Positions 12,472 to 25,000 of a DNA stretch of 64,000 nucleotides are shown here, piece after piece. A model generated the notes under the pieces. That model did no database searches. It was not told where the DNA came from and worked only from the letters and a program-made list of their open reading frames with translations. The stretch comes from Macrostomum lignano (lineage: Eukaryota). Made by a program: the position numbers and the translations under genes. The stretch is from contig NIVC01000263.1 in assembly GCA_002269645.1 (NCBI GenBank), forward strand, positions 248,001 through 312,000, written 5' to 3'. Numbering within the stretch: position 1 is the stretch's first letter; each line of letters starts with the position of its first letter.

Positions 12472-15400
12472 TCAGCTTCTCATTGTAATCACCTGTTTAA
12501 TCCGCAGAAAGCGCTCCCATTCTCTTATCGCCTCGCTACAGCCAGCATTTATGGCTTCGGACACGATGCTTTCGTGACTGCTGACCAGTTCATCCAGCAG
12601 CTCCGCGTCCGGACAGAAGTGCAGAGCCGTCAGCACTTCTTGCAGGTCCGCGTCGCCGCTCTGTCGTTTAGCAACGTCGGTAAACCAGGCCATTGCGCCA
12701 GGGGTCGTGTCTGTAGCTAGCAGCTCAAACTGAAGACACCTCAGCAGAGCGTCGAAGTTCATATAGTAATCGGTAACGCTCACCTGTTGCAGAAAAGTGG
12801 GAAAGACGTCTCTAGGAAATTTTGGCAGAAATTCGAACACGGGACGCCGGTCGAATCTGAGGCAAAACTTGAACGCTGAATCGCAGCCGTTCAGGTGTTT
12901 CCACACGTATTCTGTTGTTGCTTCGTCTTTAGTCACTTCGCTGGCAGCAGTCGACCAGGGTATGCCTCGGCCAGTCTGATGGCCCAGGCTGTGCAGCAGG
13001 ATCCGCTTCGCAGTGCTCTCGTAGCCAAGCTTCAGGCCAGCCATGGCCCGCAGGGCCTCCCTAGTCGAATAGGCAGCTCTGTCTGGTAGCCGGCCGAGAA
13101 GGCGAGCGAGAAACTCCGTGTCTTTGACAGCGGAGCTGGACAGCAGCAGCATGGCTTCGCAGACAACATCGTAGATCTGATGGTACTCCACAGCTGTCGG
13201 ATCCGGTAGCGGTGTCTGGTGTGGATACAACTGCGGCAGGACTACAAACGGATGAAAGCGAAATCCTGCGGTTGGATCGATTAGTCGCAAGCTGTTCTCA
13301 AATTCAGTCAGCAACTCTGGCAGCCGGTTTATCGAGTCTTTTAGCACACTTGCGATGCTGTCAGTGCTGCTGCGATCGCTGCCCTTGAGGTACAAGCCCG
13401 CGTCGTTTAAGAAGTAATGAGTCAAGATTCGATTGTCTGCAGTTAAGTTGCTTTTCTCCAACCCGTCCAACAACATCAGCAGCGCCTGTCTCACGAGGCT
13501 CACCAGCTGATCCGGCTGCCATCGCTGGGCTGGTGTTTCGTCCAGTAAGCGGAATACCAGCGTCTTGGCATGGTAAGCTTTGACTCCATTGACCCTGCGC
13601 CCGATCACCTTCTTTACGAGATACTTTAAAGTCACAAACACCTGGCCCTGTATGGTACTCAAGCTTCGCAGCAGCCGGTTCTCTAGAAATGTTGTACTCA
13701 CTCTGAGCTGCTCGCCTCCCTGCCCTGGCGGCGCTGCGTGAACGACGTGACAGGGAAAGTCGGGCGATTGCAATGCCGCTTGCAGGGACCGTAGAGTCCT
13801 CTCGGGGATGTTGGACTTGACTAACCGGGCTGGTTGCAGCGGCAGCACGGGCGGGTAGGAGCAGAGCTCGCATGCGCTCACTTGGTCTACGGCCGGCCGC
13901 TGGGCTAGGATCGATCCGATGGAGGCTCTGGCCGGACTGGACGCTGCGAAAGTCAAGCATAGTGCATTTAGTCAGGGGTCAACTATCGTGGTGCGATTTT
14001 TGCGTATTAACAACAATAAAGCGATACGCCGCAAAGTCATAAAAGCGGCAGCATAGGCGTGGGCCTAGACGTGAAAGTAGACTGCACCGCTGACAGAGTG
14101 GAGACACCAGCATCAGCCAGCAGGCAGTCGACGAGACGTACCAAGACGAAGATCCCTCCCGCACGTAGGGAGCCTTCCACCTCAGCAGTAGCACCTACTG
14201 CTGAGGTGGACTGCGGCGGCTAGCCTGCGCTGCATCGAATATCTATTCGAGCGAATCTGTCAGATCTCGGCGTTGTACAGCAGGATGGTCTCGACAGTTT
14301 CGACCACCACCTTTAACAACGCCGTCAATTGTCGGTCAGGTATAGAGCCTCGAACAACAGGACTGCCCTCACAGAACAAAAGGCACCCAGGCAATTCAGC
14401 ATGTTTTGATTAGTATCTTATAAATTACTTTTGTAAGTTATGAGTGCAGCAGAATATACACGCATATAGCTAAGATTTGAAAAGCTTACCGAATCCAGAG
14501 CACAAGATGTGACCATTCTCGTACTGAACAAAGTTTTCCGAATCTGGCACCGACTTGCACTGACAGCTTCCTTTCAAGTGATACTTCCTGCCGACGAATA
14601 GCTGCATCATGTCAATGTCAGACTCTACGTCTGGTTTTCCGTCAAAGCAGGTCAGACTGTTGCCCCAGCCTTCTGAGTAGCTGCCAACGATAAACATGTA
14701 CTCCTGCGATAGTCTGACGCCTCGCTGGCGCAGAATCTGCTGCAGAACGTCGGACACTGCACTCTGCAGGGTGGCCCTCGAGTGAACGAATCCTGACTTA
14801 ACAAGACTAGAGTGAAGGCGACGGCTGAGATCCGAGTCGCTTGGATCTGAGCTGAAAGAAATTGAGCTGGTGGTACACTTCAGCAACAAATGAACACAAC
14901 AAATAAGCATGTCACTAAAAAGATATTATTACTTACACAGATTCCTGCAAAACTTGTCCAGTCACTTCGGTCGCGGGCTGAAGCTCATAAATTAAAGGAA
15001 CTTTCGGAAAAGTGGTTGCCTCCGCTTTGTTGAGCTCTTCGATCACCTGATTATGGCCCTGTCGGATTGCTAAGGCGATTGGGGATTCACCGCTCAGCGT
15101 CGCCAAGTCAACGTCGGCCTGAGCTGCGACCAGAGCTTTAACGGCTTTCAAGCAGCCTTCGTGTGAGGCCAGGTGCAGCGGTGACCAGCCTAAGCGGCTA
15201 GTCTGCAGATTCACGTCCGCCTGAGCGTGCAGCAGCATCCTGATCGCCCAGTTTCGATTGTCGCTTTCCACTGCCATATAAAGCGGCGAATCACCGATGC
15301 CATCGATTCGTTGCTGATTAACATCGACCCTTGACTTTATAATGAGATTCTCTACCATCTCCCTGTAATTTTTAAGTATTGCTGAGTACAACGGAGGACT

Positions 15401-16933
15401 GCATTTTGATGGCTGAATGTTAGCGTCAGCCTGCGCCTCGATCAGCACATCCACTGCTTTACTGTGCCCGTTTTGCACAGCCAGGTAGATTGCTGTACAG
15501 CCGTGCAACTGTTCAACGTCAGGATCCGATAGTGCCTTGATGAGCACCTGTACGATTCCATGATGGCCCAGCTGGGACGCAGCGTGCAATGCTGTTTCTC
15601 CATCGAACCCTTGTATATTGACATCTGCGTTGGCTTGAGTGACCAGCGCATCCACCACTTTCCGATGCCCATTCTGGGCTGAGAAGTAGAGTGGCGAAAA
15701 TCCGTTGAAATCCCGAAGACTGGCATTGGCACCAGCTCGCAACAGAACATTAACCACCTTCTGGTGTCCCTCCTGAGCAGCGATGTGAAGTGGTGTGAAG
15801 CCATTGCTAATTTGTGAGCTCAAGTCCGCTTGAAATTTGACGAGAGTTTCAACGACACGGCTGTTGTTCATTTGAGACGCGATGTAAAGCGGCGAGTCGC
15901 TCGTCATATGACGCTTAATATCCATGTTCGCCTGCGCTCCAAGAAGCAGCTTCACCATGTCGTTTTTTCCCTTACCGGCAGCAATATACAGAGGTGTAGC
16001 ACCATATTTAGTCTGGAGATCGACATTCACCTGGGCGGCAATAAAAGCCTGGACAACTCGAGTGTGCCCGTTCTGGGCGGCCATATAAAGCGGTGAATAT
16101 CCCTGCCAATCCTTGTGAACCGTTTCGGCTGCGGCATTCATCAGAATTTGCACAATCCGATGATGCCCATTCTGCGCCGCCAAGTGCAGTGCTGTGAAGC
16201 CAGCGGTAGACTCCACAGATGGATCGGCCATGGCACTCAAAAGCCTTTCTACCATGCCTAAGTGGCCCAACTGGCAAGCAACTATCAGAGGCGAAGCGCC
16301 CTCATCCTGAAGAATGTTTGGATCAGCGTAGGCTCGTAGCAGTATGTCAACCAACGAGTGAAGATTAGACTGGGAGGCATAGTGCAATGGTCCTTCTCCG
16401 CTCTTTATTTTAATGTTGACGTCGGCACCAGCGTTTATAAGCGACTCAATAACTTTGCGATGACCCTCCTGCACGGCAATGTATAGTGCTGTTGCTCCGT
16501 GCACTTGTTGAACATTAGGGTCGGCCTGCGCACTAGTTAGTAACCTAGCCACCTCATGATGGCCTCTCATGGCCGCAATGTAGAGTGGCGTGGCTCCTCT
16601 CTTTGTTTGAATATCAAGATCGGCTTGTGCTTCGATGAGGATTTTCACAACGTGGTAATTGCCGTTTCTTGCAGCTACATGTAAGGACGAGTCGCCATCT
16701 GCGGCTTTAAGATTGACGTCGGCTTGAGCTTGCAGCAGTCTTTGTATAATAGCCTCTTGACCCACAGATGCTGCCAGGTATAGCAGCGATCCTTTAGTGT
16801 CAGAGAGCTGATAGAAAGAGTCAACATCGCTTGCATGCTGTATGAAATGGTCAATTGATCTCAGGTTTCCTGAATTAATTGCTCTGAGTAAGTCGGTTCC
16901 CAAGTTCTTTGTGTTTTTCGTGTTTGACTTCAT
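12472..16933 (-). CDS. Ankyrin-repeat / cGAS-like (Mab-21) nucleotidyltransferase fusion, about 1276 aa; exons 16933-14937, 14851-14490, 13943-12472
   Basis: Exon A has about 18-19 ankyrin repeats (GxTPLHxAAxxGH). An 85-nt intron GTAAGT...TTTCTTTCAG (phase 2) joins exon B, which carries IVGSYSEG...ESDIDMM. A 546-nt intron GTAAGC...CTTTCGCAG (phase 1) joins exon C, which carries VDQV, CHVV, LRVSTTFLENRLL, QVFVTLKYL, KAYHAKTLVF...W and LTHYF. The total of 3831 nt is in frame. The start at 16933 is tentative because an acceptor-like TTTTGCAG near 16976 could indicate an upstream exon. Confidence 0.8.
14020..14345 (-). mobile_element. Degenerate non-LTR retrotransposon 3' fragment inside the cGLR intron
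   Basis: Minus-strand translation PDRQLTALLKVVVETVETILLYNAEI* resembles the post-RT 'ETxLLYxAETW' block of RTE/L2-type LINEs; stops and frameshifts are present. Confidence 0.5.
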
Positions 16934-19490
16934 TACATCCAACAAATGGAACCAATTTCTTGTTTGCCCCTGAAACTGCAAAAGGGGTTCGCAAACGCAA
17001 ACAATATGAGTGTACAATTCTCGTTCCCATATAATGAACTGGGCAAAAATAAGTTGCAATTTATAGTTTACTCGTATTGTAAAATCAATGTACAAAATAG
17101 GCCTATTTTAAGCACATAAGTTCTAGTCTAACACTGTTGACTGTTGTAATATATCCTTAAATCCTTCATGATCGCAGCTGACTATATAGCGAATAAATTG
17201 TTTTTGCTTTTTCAAGGAAGCCATAGTGCAGTACATTTATAGCTCCTTATAAAATTTTCTTGTTGGGTAAAAAATACACTTTTTGTGACCTTGAAAAACT
17301 TCCTGAAACACTTGACAGAGAAGATACAGTCGCAACCTGTAAAACTTTCAAAATGTCTTAATTTGCCAGTAAATTTTGCTTCATTTAAGTACTCACTGAG
17401 TGGTCTTTTCAGACAATTACTGATAATTTTTTGATGCTCTAGACTGGAGTTACTGACGTCTTTGTAGTTCTTCTCTTAAATATTCAGAATTAATGTTTTT
17501 TATCTTTGTCATTTTACTCTAAGATAAACAATCTGAACCTTTTTGGTACCTAGTTGATTATCGCTTTAATCATGGCAATGTGGGTTTAAAATAAGTGATG
17601 GAAAGGTGAAAACCAAAGGAAATTAAACACGACGTTTTGTGGTTTAACGCAAAGAGCATTTATTTATTTACTTTTTAATTTTTCTCTTAGAGTACTTTAA
17701 TTCAGTTTCACAACTTTTAGAATATTCTGTTGTTAAAATAGTTGTAATTCTTGCGGTTTTTTCTGTTGTTTTTGCATTGTTTGCATCGTGATCGCACACA
17801 CCATCAACATCGACCATCATAGAGTCATGCTGCTAACAGGAACAGAGCAGCCATCTAATGTGGATTATACTCTGGTACTGGTAACTAGTAACACTAACAC
17901 AGTCTGGTTTAAGTAACACAATTAAAAACATTTACAATTTACACTAAGACCATATATAGTCCGATAGAACTATTACAGACAAGTGCATTTTCCGATTTTG
18001 TGGTGCGTTGGCAATTGGCATGGAGAAAGGCTCTGCATGGTATTGTGGTACAGCAAGGACAGGGCTATTATATTATCTACTTTTCCAATACGAAAGCTTT
18101 TTAATCCTCTTTAATTATTTTTTCGTGCTATAAGTTTTATAATTTATTAATAATGTGTAAATACTCAATAGATTTAGATAGGGCCTAAGCCCATTCAATC
18201 TCAAAATGCATTCTGGCTCCAATTTTACGCTCGTATAAGGATTTGTACCAAGCAAAATGAAATCTTTTTGATAGAATTAGAACACCACAATATCTAATAT
18301 ACTAAATATCTAAGGTTTGTATGCTTAGGCCTAGTCTGTAATGTAGGCCCTAATGCTCTAGAGATTGAACTGATTTATTAATTTTGATTGCATTTTTTTG
18401 CCAAAAGATTCAAAATTGTCTGGTTTCTTTACAGTTTTCTAGGTAGGCCTAAGGTATGTTGCTAGTATAGGGTAGGCTTTATTTCTTTATAGGGTTTATT
18501 AGGCTTAATTATTTAGGTAAGGACTCCAATGGGCTAACAGTAATTTGGTGAAAATGGATAAAAAATAAAAATTTCTAAAACTTTACAGTTAAATTGCTAT
18601 GTATTAAACTGGTTTTACAAAAATCTAAAAAATTCATTAAAAAACTAGAAAAATATATCTTTCAAATGAGCAGTTTCATATGATCTTTTAAAAAGCAAGA
18701 CTCTAAATAGGAAGTGATAAAAAAGGGAAAGAAATTATTGAACTTCCTTTTAAAATATAGTAAAGACTCTAAATAAATGATAAATTCAATTAGCTTATAA
18801 AGCTATAGCTAGGAAACAATTGCCTTCTCCTGTTTAGCCATAGTGCAAAACACCCTGAACATATGCCAGACTAAAATCTCCTACAATTTATTTGGTATGC
18901 CAGTATATGCCAATTTTTTTCCAACCTGAAAAAATTGTAATTTTAATCCCAGAAAAAAATGACGCTCATTACAAGCTTTGTTTTCTAGTGTTGTAGTATA
19001 TTGAATGACTTTTTTGTTCCTTTGTTTTACTTTTTTGCTTTTTTGCTGATACTCTTTATAGTGGGAAATCAATACATGCTAAGATTTCTTTCATTCTTTT
19101 AAAATAATTACTTTCCATTTAAATTTACTTTTATTTTACAATTTGATTCTGCAGCTGTAGGAACATGTATGCCACTTTTTCACTATCCATTTGTATATAC
19201 AAAAATAAAATTCATAGATTTTAAAAACAAAAAATTTGTATATCAAGTATATGCCAAAATTTGTGAGTGTACACCAGATTAATCTGGTATACCACCCTCT
19301 TCCGGACTATGGCTGCTTAGGTAGTGCAAAAACATTTAGGGCCTTATCCATTTTAGTTACCAATGTCCAAAGGCCACTATAGAAGCTGACATCTGCAATC
19401 TTAGCATGTAGGTGGCTTATTGATATTGCTTCTTTGTGTTGCTTTTTGGCAAGTTACACATATAGGATCTCCTGCTAATACTTGCGTACA

Positions 19491-19783
19491 CATACATGCG
19501 CAATAGGGCTGAGTTGGCTGATCTGGCTGACCAATTTGGCAGCCAATCAAGGAAGTCGCAAAAATGCCCACCCAAAAAATACCTAAGTAGTAAAACTAAG
19601 TAGCTGACAAGGCATTTTGGCTTAATAAGATAGTCATAGTTACTTCTGCTGTTTACCCAAAGTTGCAGTAAATTTGCTTTATGGTTTTTTACATGTAAGT
19701 TGCATTTTTTGCCAAAAACTATGTCACATTTTGTTAAAACTAAGTTGCACAGCCGACCAAATTTTGGAGGTTGTGCATGTATG
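19491..19783 (+). mobile_element. MITE-like element copy 1 (293 bp, TIR CATACATGCGCAA)
   Basis: Begins CATACATGCGCAA and ends TTGTGCATGTATG; colinear with the copy at 20937-21226. Confidence 0.75.
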
Positions 19784-20159
19784 TGCGTATACCTATATCA
19801 TTTTCCTTCTATTGCATTTCTATCATTGCAAAAATATTTTGTGCTCAAGCAATTGTTTTGCTTTGCTACTCTTAAGACTTTGCAGCTATCCATTAGGGAA
19901 TACTGTTTTAGCTAAATAAAACATGGCTTCATGTGCCATAGGGCATATATTTGGATAGTCAGTGACTAGATAATCAAGAACTACAAAAAGACACTTGCCA
20001 GGCATATTTTCCTTTGGAATAGTTTTTGCTAGTGTGGCCATGTCCTTTGGTAGTTTTCTTCAACACTATGTTTATAAATTTTTCTTTTTTATTAGTCTTT
20101 TTATTTTTATGTTTTTTAAAGCTTTCTCAGCATCATTAGGTAGGTGTTCTTGAACCTCC

Positions 20160-21700
20160 CTCTCTATGAGCACAGCCATATGCACCATGATAACCTGTTG
20201 GGCATGGCCAACTAGCTGGTTGTCTAATGCATTGTTAGGATCTACTATGAATATAGTCTATATATCAATGAGGTAATTATCCTACATGAGAGTATCATAC
20301 TATCCATCTTGCTAGATATAAAAATGGCATTCACTAAAGCTTTGCAGGCTGTGCAAATATGGTATAGCATGCCAGATACAACCTTGGATGGCCAAAATCT
20401 AGGCTGTGCAACCATGCAATGGCACACTTGTAGTGCTTGTTCATATCTAGAATGGTAATGTCTTTGCAGCGCAATAGAACCCACAATGGTTGAATAAACA
20501 AAATATTGAAAAGGCCAAAGACATAGTAGTCACAGAGAAGCAATGGTGATGCCGGGTCAGTATATACCATAGACAATAAGCAGTTGCTGGCCAGGTACTC
20601 TATCAAAAAATCTAGCAAGATGTTTTGTTGCCAGAAAATAGTGCCACCATTTAGAAAAGCCACATATACAGTTTCCATAGAAATCTTCCATCTAAAGTCT
20701 TTCATGGGCTTCAAAGTAAATTGCCAAAGGGTAGCCAATGCCATATTATTCATTGCCATTTGATGAAATGCTTTGCACACTTTGCAAATAAGGTGCAGCA
20801 TGCCAGATTCAACTTTGGATGGTCAAAATCAAGGAAGCAACATAGCTCTCATAGAATCAGCAAACACGTAGTGCTTAAATATGTGCAGGCCAACCTTAGC
20901 AACAGATAGAAAGTTCACTATCATGTGTATCCCACACATACATGCGCAACAGTCGGCCAATCCAGCCGACTGATTTGGCGGCCAATCAAGGAAGTTGCAA
21001 TAATTCCCACCCAAAAAAATACCAAAGTAGTAGTACTAAGTATCTTACGAGGCATTTTGACTTAACAAGAAAGTCATAGTTACTCTTGCCGTTTACCCAA
21101 AGTTGTGTTAATTTTGCTTTAGGGTTTTTGTAAATGTAAGTTGCATTTTTTGGCCAAAAACTACGTCGCATTTTTGTTAAAACTAAGTCGCATGGCCGAC
21201 CAAATGTTGGAGGTTGCGCATGTATGATCCCACAGAAAATATGCATGACAAGTTGCTGAATTGCTTGTTCTACCTGGATCTAGTGCATCTTATCAATCAG
21301 CACCTGTAGTCAAAGTGTACAAAAATTTTTTTTAGTAAAGTCCTTGTATTTATATACTGATAAGATTAGCATGGCATAGAATACAAAGGCCGAAACAAAA
21401 AATCTGTAACATTTTTTTAAGACTTTTTTTATAATGACATGGTCTGTCATGAGGAAGTCTAGGCTGAGCAAGATATTAGCTTGGAGGTGCCATTGATTGT
21501 CCTCCTGACAGTCATCAAGAATCATTGTGCTAAATACTATCATGAGCTCTTCCATGGTGGCCTTCAGCTTACAGGCATAAAATATTGGTTATGCCACCTT
21601 CAACCTCATAGAGAAAAAGAGCAACAGGCTGCATATTGCCAGTGTGGATCTGAGAATTAGTAGAAAAATATCAAGGCTGAGGGATGAGCATGATGTCATT
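20160..21700 (-). pseudogene. Possible highly decayed LINE reverse-transcriptase remnant, interrupted by MITE copy 2
   Basis: Faint RT-like phrases (SLDFLM resembling LDFADD; EQALQVCHCM resembling ERRLQVFHRR) in broken frames within CpG-depleted DNA. Confidence 0.3.
20937..21226 (+). mobile_element. MITE-like element copy 2 (290 bp, TIR CATACATGCGCAAC / GTTGCGCATGTATG)
   Basis: Perfect 14-bp terminal inverted repeats; no coding capacity. Confidence 0.8.
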
Positions 21701-22079
21701 CATTGTCATTTTTAATTTGAACAATGTTTCAGCTGATTTTAATCTTGAAAAAATTGTAACAGTTCTAATAAGGGTTTACCTAGTACTTAATAACAATTTG
21801 TGGTATCAGCTAGTCACAATTTATGGTATCTGCAAGGTGCCATTTTTAATGCTGTTATTGTCTTCTATCAGATACATATCTAAAAAATAGCTTGTAAATT
21901 TGAAACTTTCAAAATCTCACTGGAGACCTTAATTTAGGTTAAACATAGGATAGGCCTATATTTGGCATCTTACTTACTTGACTTAGCTGCAGGGTGGTCC
22001 GTAGACACAGCGGGGAGGCGAGGGTCGCCCATTCCGCTAGCCCCTGAAGGCCCGCAGACAGGCAGAGGCGTGGGGCCGG

Positions 22080-25000
22080 TCAGGGTGGTCCGCCGGTCCG
22101 TCCTGCAGCGTGATCTTCCGTTGGGAAGAAACTGGCTCGTCTAGTCGCCCGAAGGAACTGGATGAGCCGTGGGATGCTGTCGGGCTGGCAAACCTCGTCA
22201 ATGGACGGGTTCGGCCCGAGGTAGCGTAGCCGGTCTCTGTTAAAGAAAGGGCAGTGACAGACAAAGTGCTGAGCATCTTCATTGTCGCACTCGCAAAAGG
22301 GGCAAATTTCGCTCTCGAGGTCGCCTCGGAGGAAGCAGTGCCTGGCGAGGTAGCCATGGCCGGTAAGGGTCATGACAAGGGCTCGAATATCCTTCCGATT
22401 CTGGTTCAGAAGGATGTTTCTGAGCCTGTGAGACGGGCAAGGAACCGCGGCACGAGATTGCCGGCAGTTTTGGGTGCCCGCCCATCTGTCCCTGTGGAGG
22501 GAGTCAGCCCAGTCGTCGATCTGACGATTGATGACTGTCAAGGGCATAGGGACCAGGGGGCAGGGCCGAAAAAAGAGCCAGAGCCGCCCCTCTTGGCGAG
22601 GGTGTCTGCCAGCTCGTTCCCCGGAAACCCTGCGTGCCCTGGGATCCACTTCAGCCTGACAGTATTGCTTCTGGCCAGGAGGTTGAGCTGCCGGGCGCAG
22701 TCGGCGACTGTCCGGGAGTTCGTTGTGGTGTGGCAAAGGGCCTGTAAGGCCGCTTGGCTGTCGGAGTGGATGACAATAGTCTTTCCTCTCGTAACCTTGG
22801 CGTTTAGCTCTGCAGCGCAAGAGCTGATGGCAAGGACTTCGTTCTGGAAGACTGTGGAGAGTCTACCAGTGTGCTGGGCATGCGTGGCAATTACGCGGCC
22901 GTTGATGATGATGCAGACCCCAAAGCCGGCGCGACCGTCTTTGATGGATCCGTCCGTGTAGCAATGGACCTCCTGGAAATTCCAGTGGTCATTGGCAGCA
23001 TCCCTAGAGGGGATGGTGACCTTGTAGCGCTGAAAGAGGTTGAGAGTGCGGGGTTCGCCGTCAGATAGGACGTGGAGCCTGCCGCTGTCTCTCAAGTCCT
23101 TGAGGCAGAGGTCAGCGTGGGGCAGAAGCTTGCGCTTAGCCATGGCCCTATGGGGCTGGATTCGAATGCCAGCGTCAGCTAGACGGCGGGCAGTCTTAGC
23201 CGCTTCCCTGCGGACAAAGATGTCCAGCGGAGGAATGTTGAGGAAGGCGTTGAGGCCATCGTAAGGAGCAGACGGAGGGGCGCTCATGATCGTGCGACAA
23301 GCGCGCCCTTGCGCTCTCCTGAGAGCCTCTAGACAGGTCTTTATCTGCAGGGCGCTAGCCCAGATCAGGCCGCCATACGAGATAGCGGGCCTAACCATTG
23401 CAGTGTAGATCCACCAGAGGCGCTTGGGGGTGAGCCCCCAGGTGGTGCCGACGGCCCTGCGCAATTGCGCGAGGACTGCGAAGGCCTTTTTGGCTTTTGT
23501 TTGAACGTGGGGAGACCAGTTCAGCCTGTGGTCCAGGGTAATACCCAGACATTTAGTCTGCTTGCAGAAGGGGATTTCCCTTCCGTAAAGCGTGAGCGGC
23601 CGAATCTGCCACTTGGTCCTGCTGGTGAACATGATCGCTGCGGTCTTAGTCTCAGAGAGCCTTAAACCACAGCGGTCCGCCCATTGCTCAGCAGCGTAGA
23701 TGAAGTTCTGAAGAAGGTCCCTGAGGGTATCAGGGGACGGACCAGATGCCACCGCGGTGACATCGTCCGCATATCCAACTTTCAGAATGGGGTCAGGCCG
23801 AACATCCCGGAGGAGCTCATCGATGACCATATTCCAGAGAACTGGAGACAGCACCCCACCTTGCGGGCTACCTTTGCAGACGGGGACCGTCCTCTGGTAG
23901 CCCAGCAGACTGGCGGTGGCCGTGCAATGGCTGATCATGTACATGATCCATCTGGTGAGATGTGAGTGCGTTAGCCTCTCACAAAGAGCTCTTCGGAACG
24001 CCTCAAAGAGGACGTTATCGAAGGCGCCAATGATGTCCAGGAAGATCCCCAGAGCAAAGCCACTACCAAGCACGGCCTTCTCGAGTTTATCGACCAGGAC
24101 GTGCAGCGCGCTTTCAGTGGAGCGACCCGCCCGAAAAGCGTGCTGGTTCTCGCTGAGAGGTTTGTTCTTCAGCTCAACAGAGAGAAGGCGCCAAAGCACC
24201 AGTCTCTCCATCAGCTTGACCAGGGAGGAGGTCAAGCTGATCGGTCTGAAGGATTTGATAGAATGGTAGTCCGGGCGGCCTGGCTTAGGGATAAAGATCA
24301 CCTTTGCCTCGGTCCATGCCTGCGGGACATAACCAAGCGTGATGCATGCCCGAAGAAGGCTGCAAAGTTTGCGCAGGAAGCCTGGGCATTTAACCGCCTC
24401 TCTTAGAAGGGCCGGTACAATGCCGTCGGGTCCTGGGGCTTTGAAAGGCTTGAAGGAATTTGCCGCTCTCACAATGCGGTCCTCCGTGATGATAGATGCA
24501 GCCAGCGCGTGACCTCCCTCCGAGTGATCCGGAGTGGTCTGGTTAGCTGGCTCGTTAGGGAAAAACGCAGTGAGCATTACATCAAGCGTTTCCCCTGGGT
24601 TGTCCGTGGACGTACCGTCGGTGCGTTTGACCAAGGAGAGCTTAGACATTTTGTCCAGCGTGAGCGCTTTCACAACTCTGGAGGTGGGGCGTGAGCCCTC
24701 TAGCTCCTCACAGTATTGTCGCCATTTTTGAGCCTTTGCATTCCTAACCTGCCTTTTAAACTCATGAATTGCTTCATGATAGGCGGTTTGGTCTGCAGGG
24801 CTCTTAGTTTTAGTTGCTCTGCGGTGGAGTCTCTTAGCCCTGCGACGGAGGTTGCCGAGCTCGGGATTCCACCACGGCGCCGATTTTTTCCCTTTATAGG
24901 CTTTTAAAGGGCAGGACGCCTCAAAGGCGGCGGTTAGCGTCTCTGTCAAAACAGTCGCGCACTCATCCGCCTCTCGGCACGACGTGATCGTGAATGGTTG

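Noticed and set aside
14933-17095. Stand-alone 720-aa ankyrin protein starting at 17095
   Set aside because: The first 54 codons are AT-rich and intron-like, and the stop overlaps a strong GTAAGT donor that links in frame to the nucleotidyltransferase exon.
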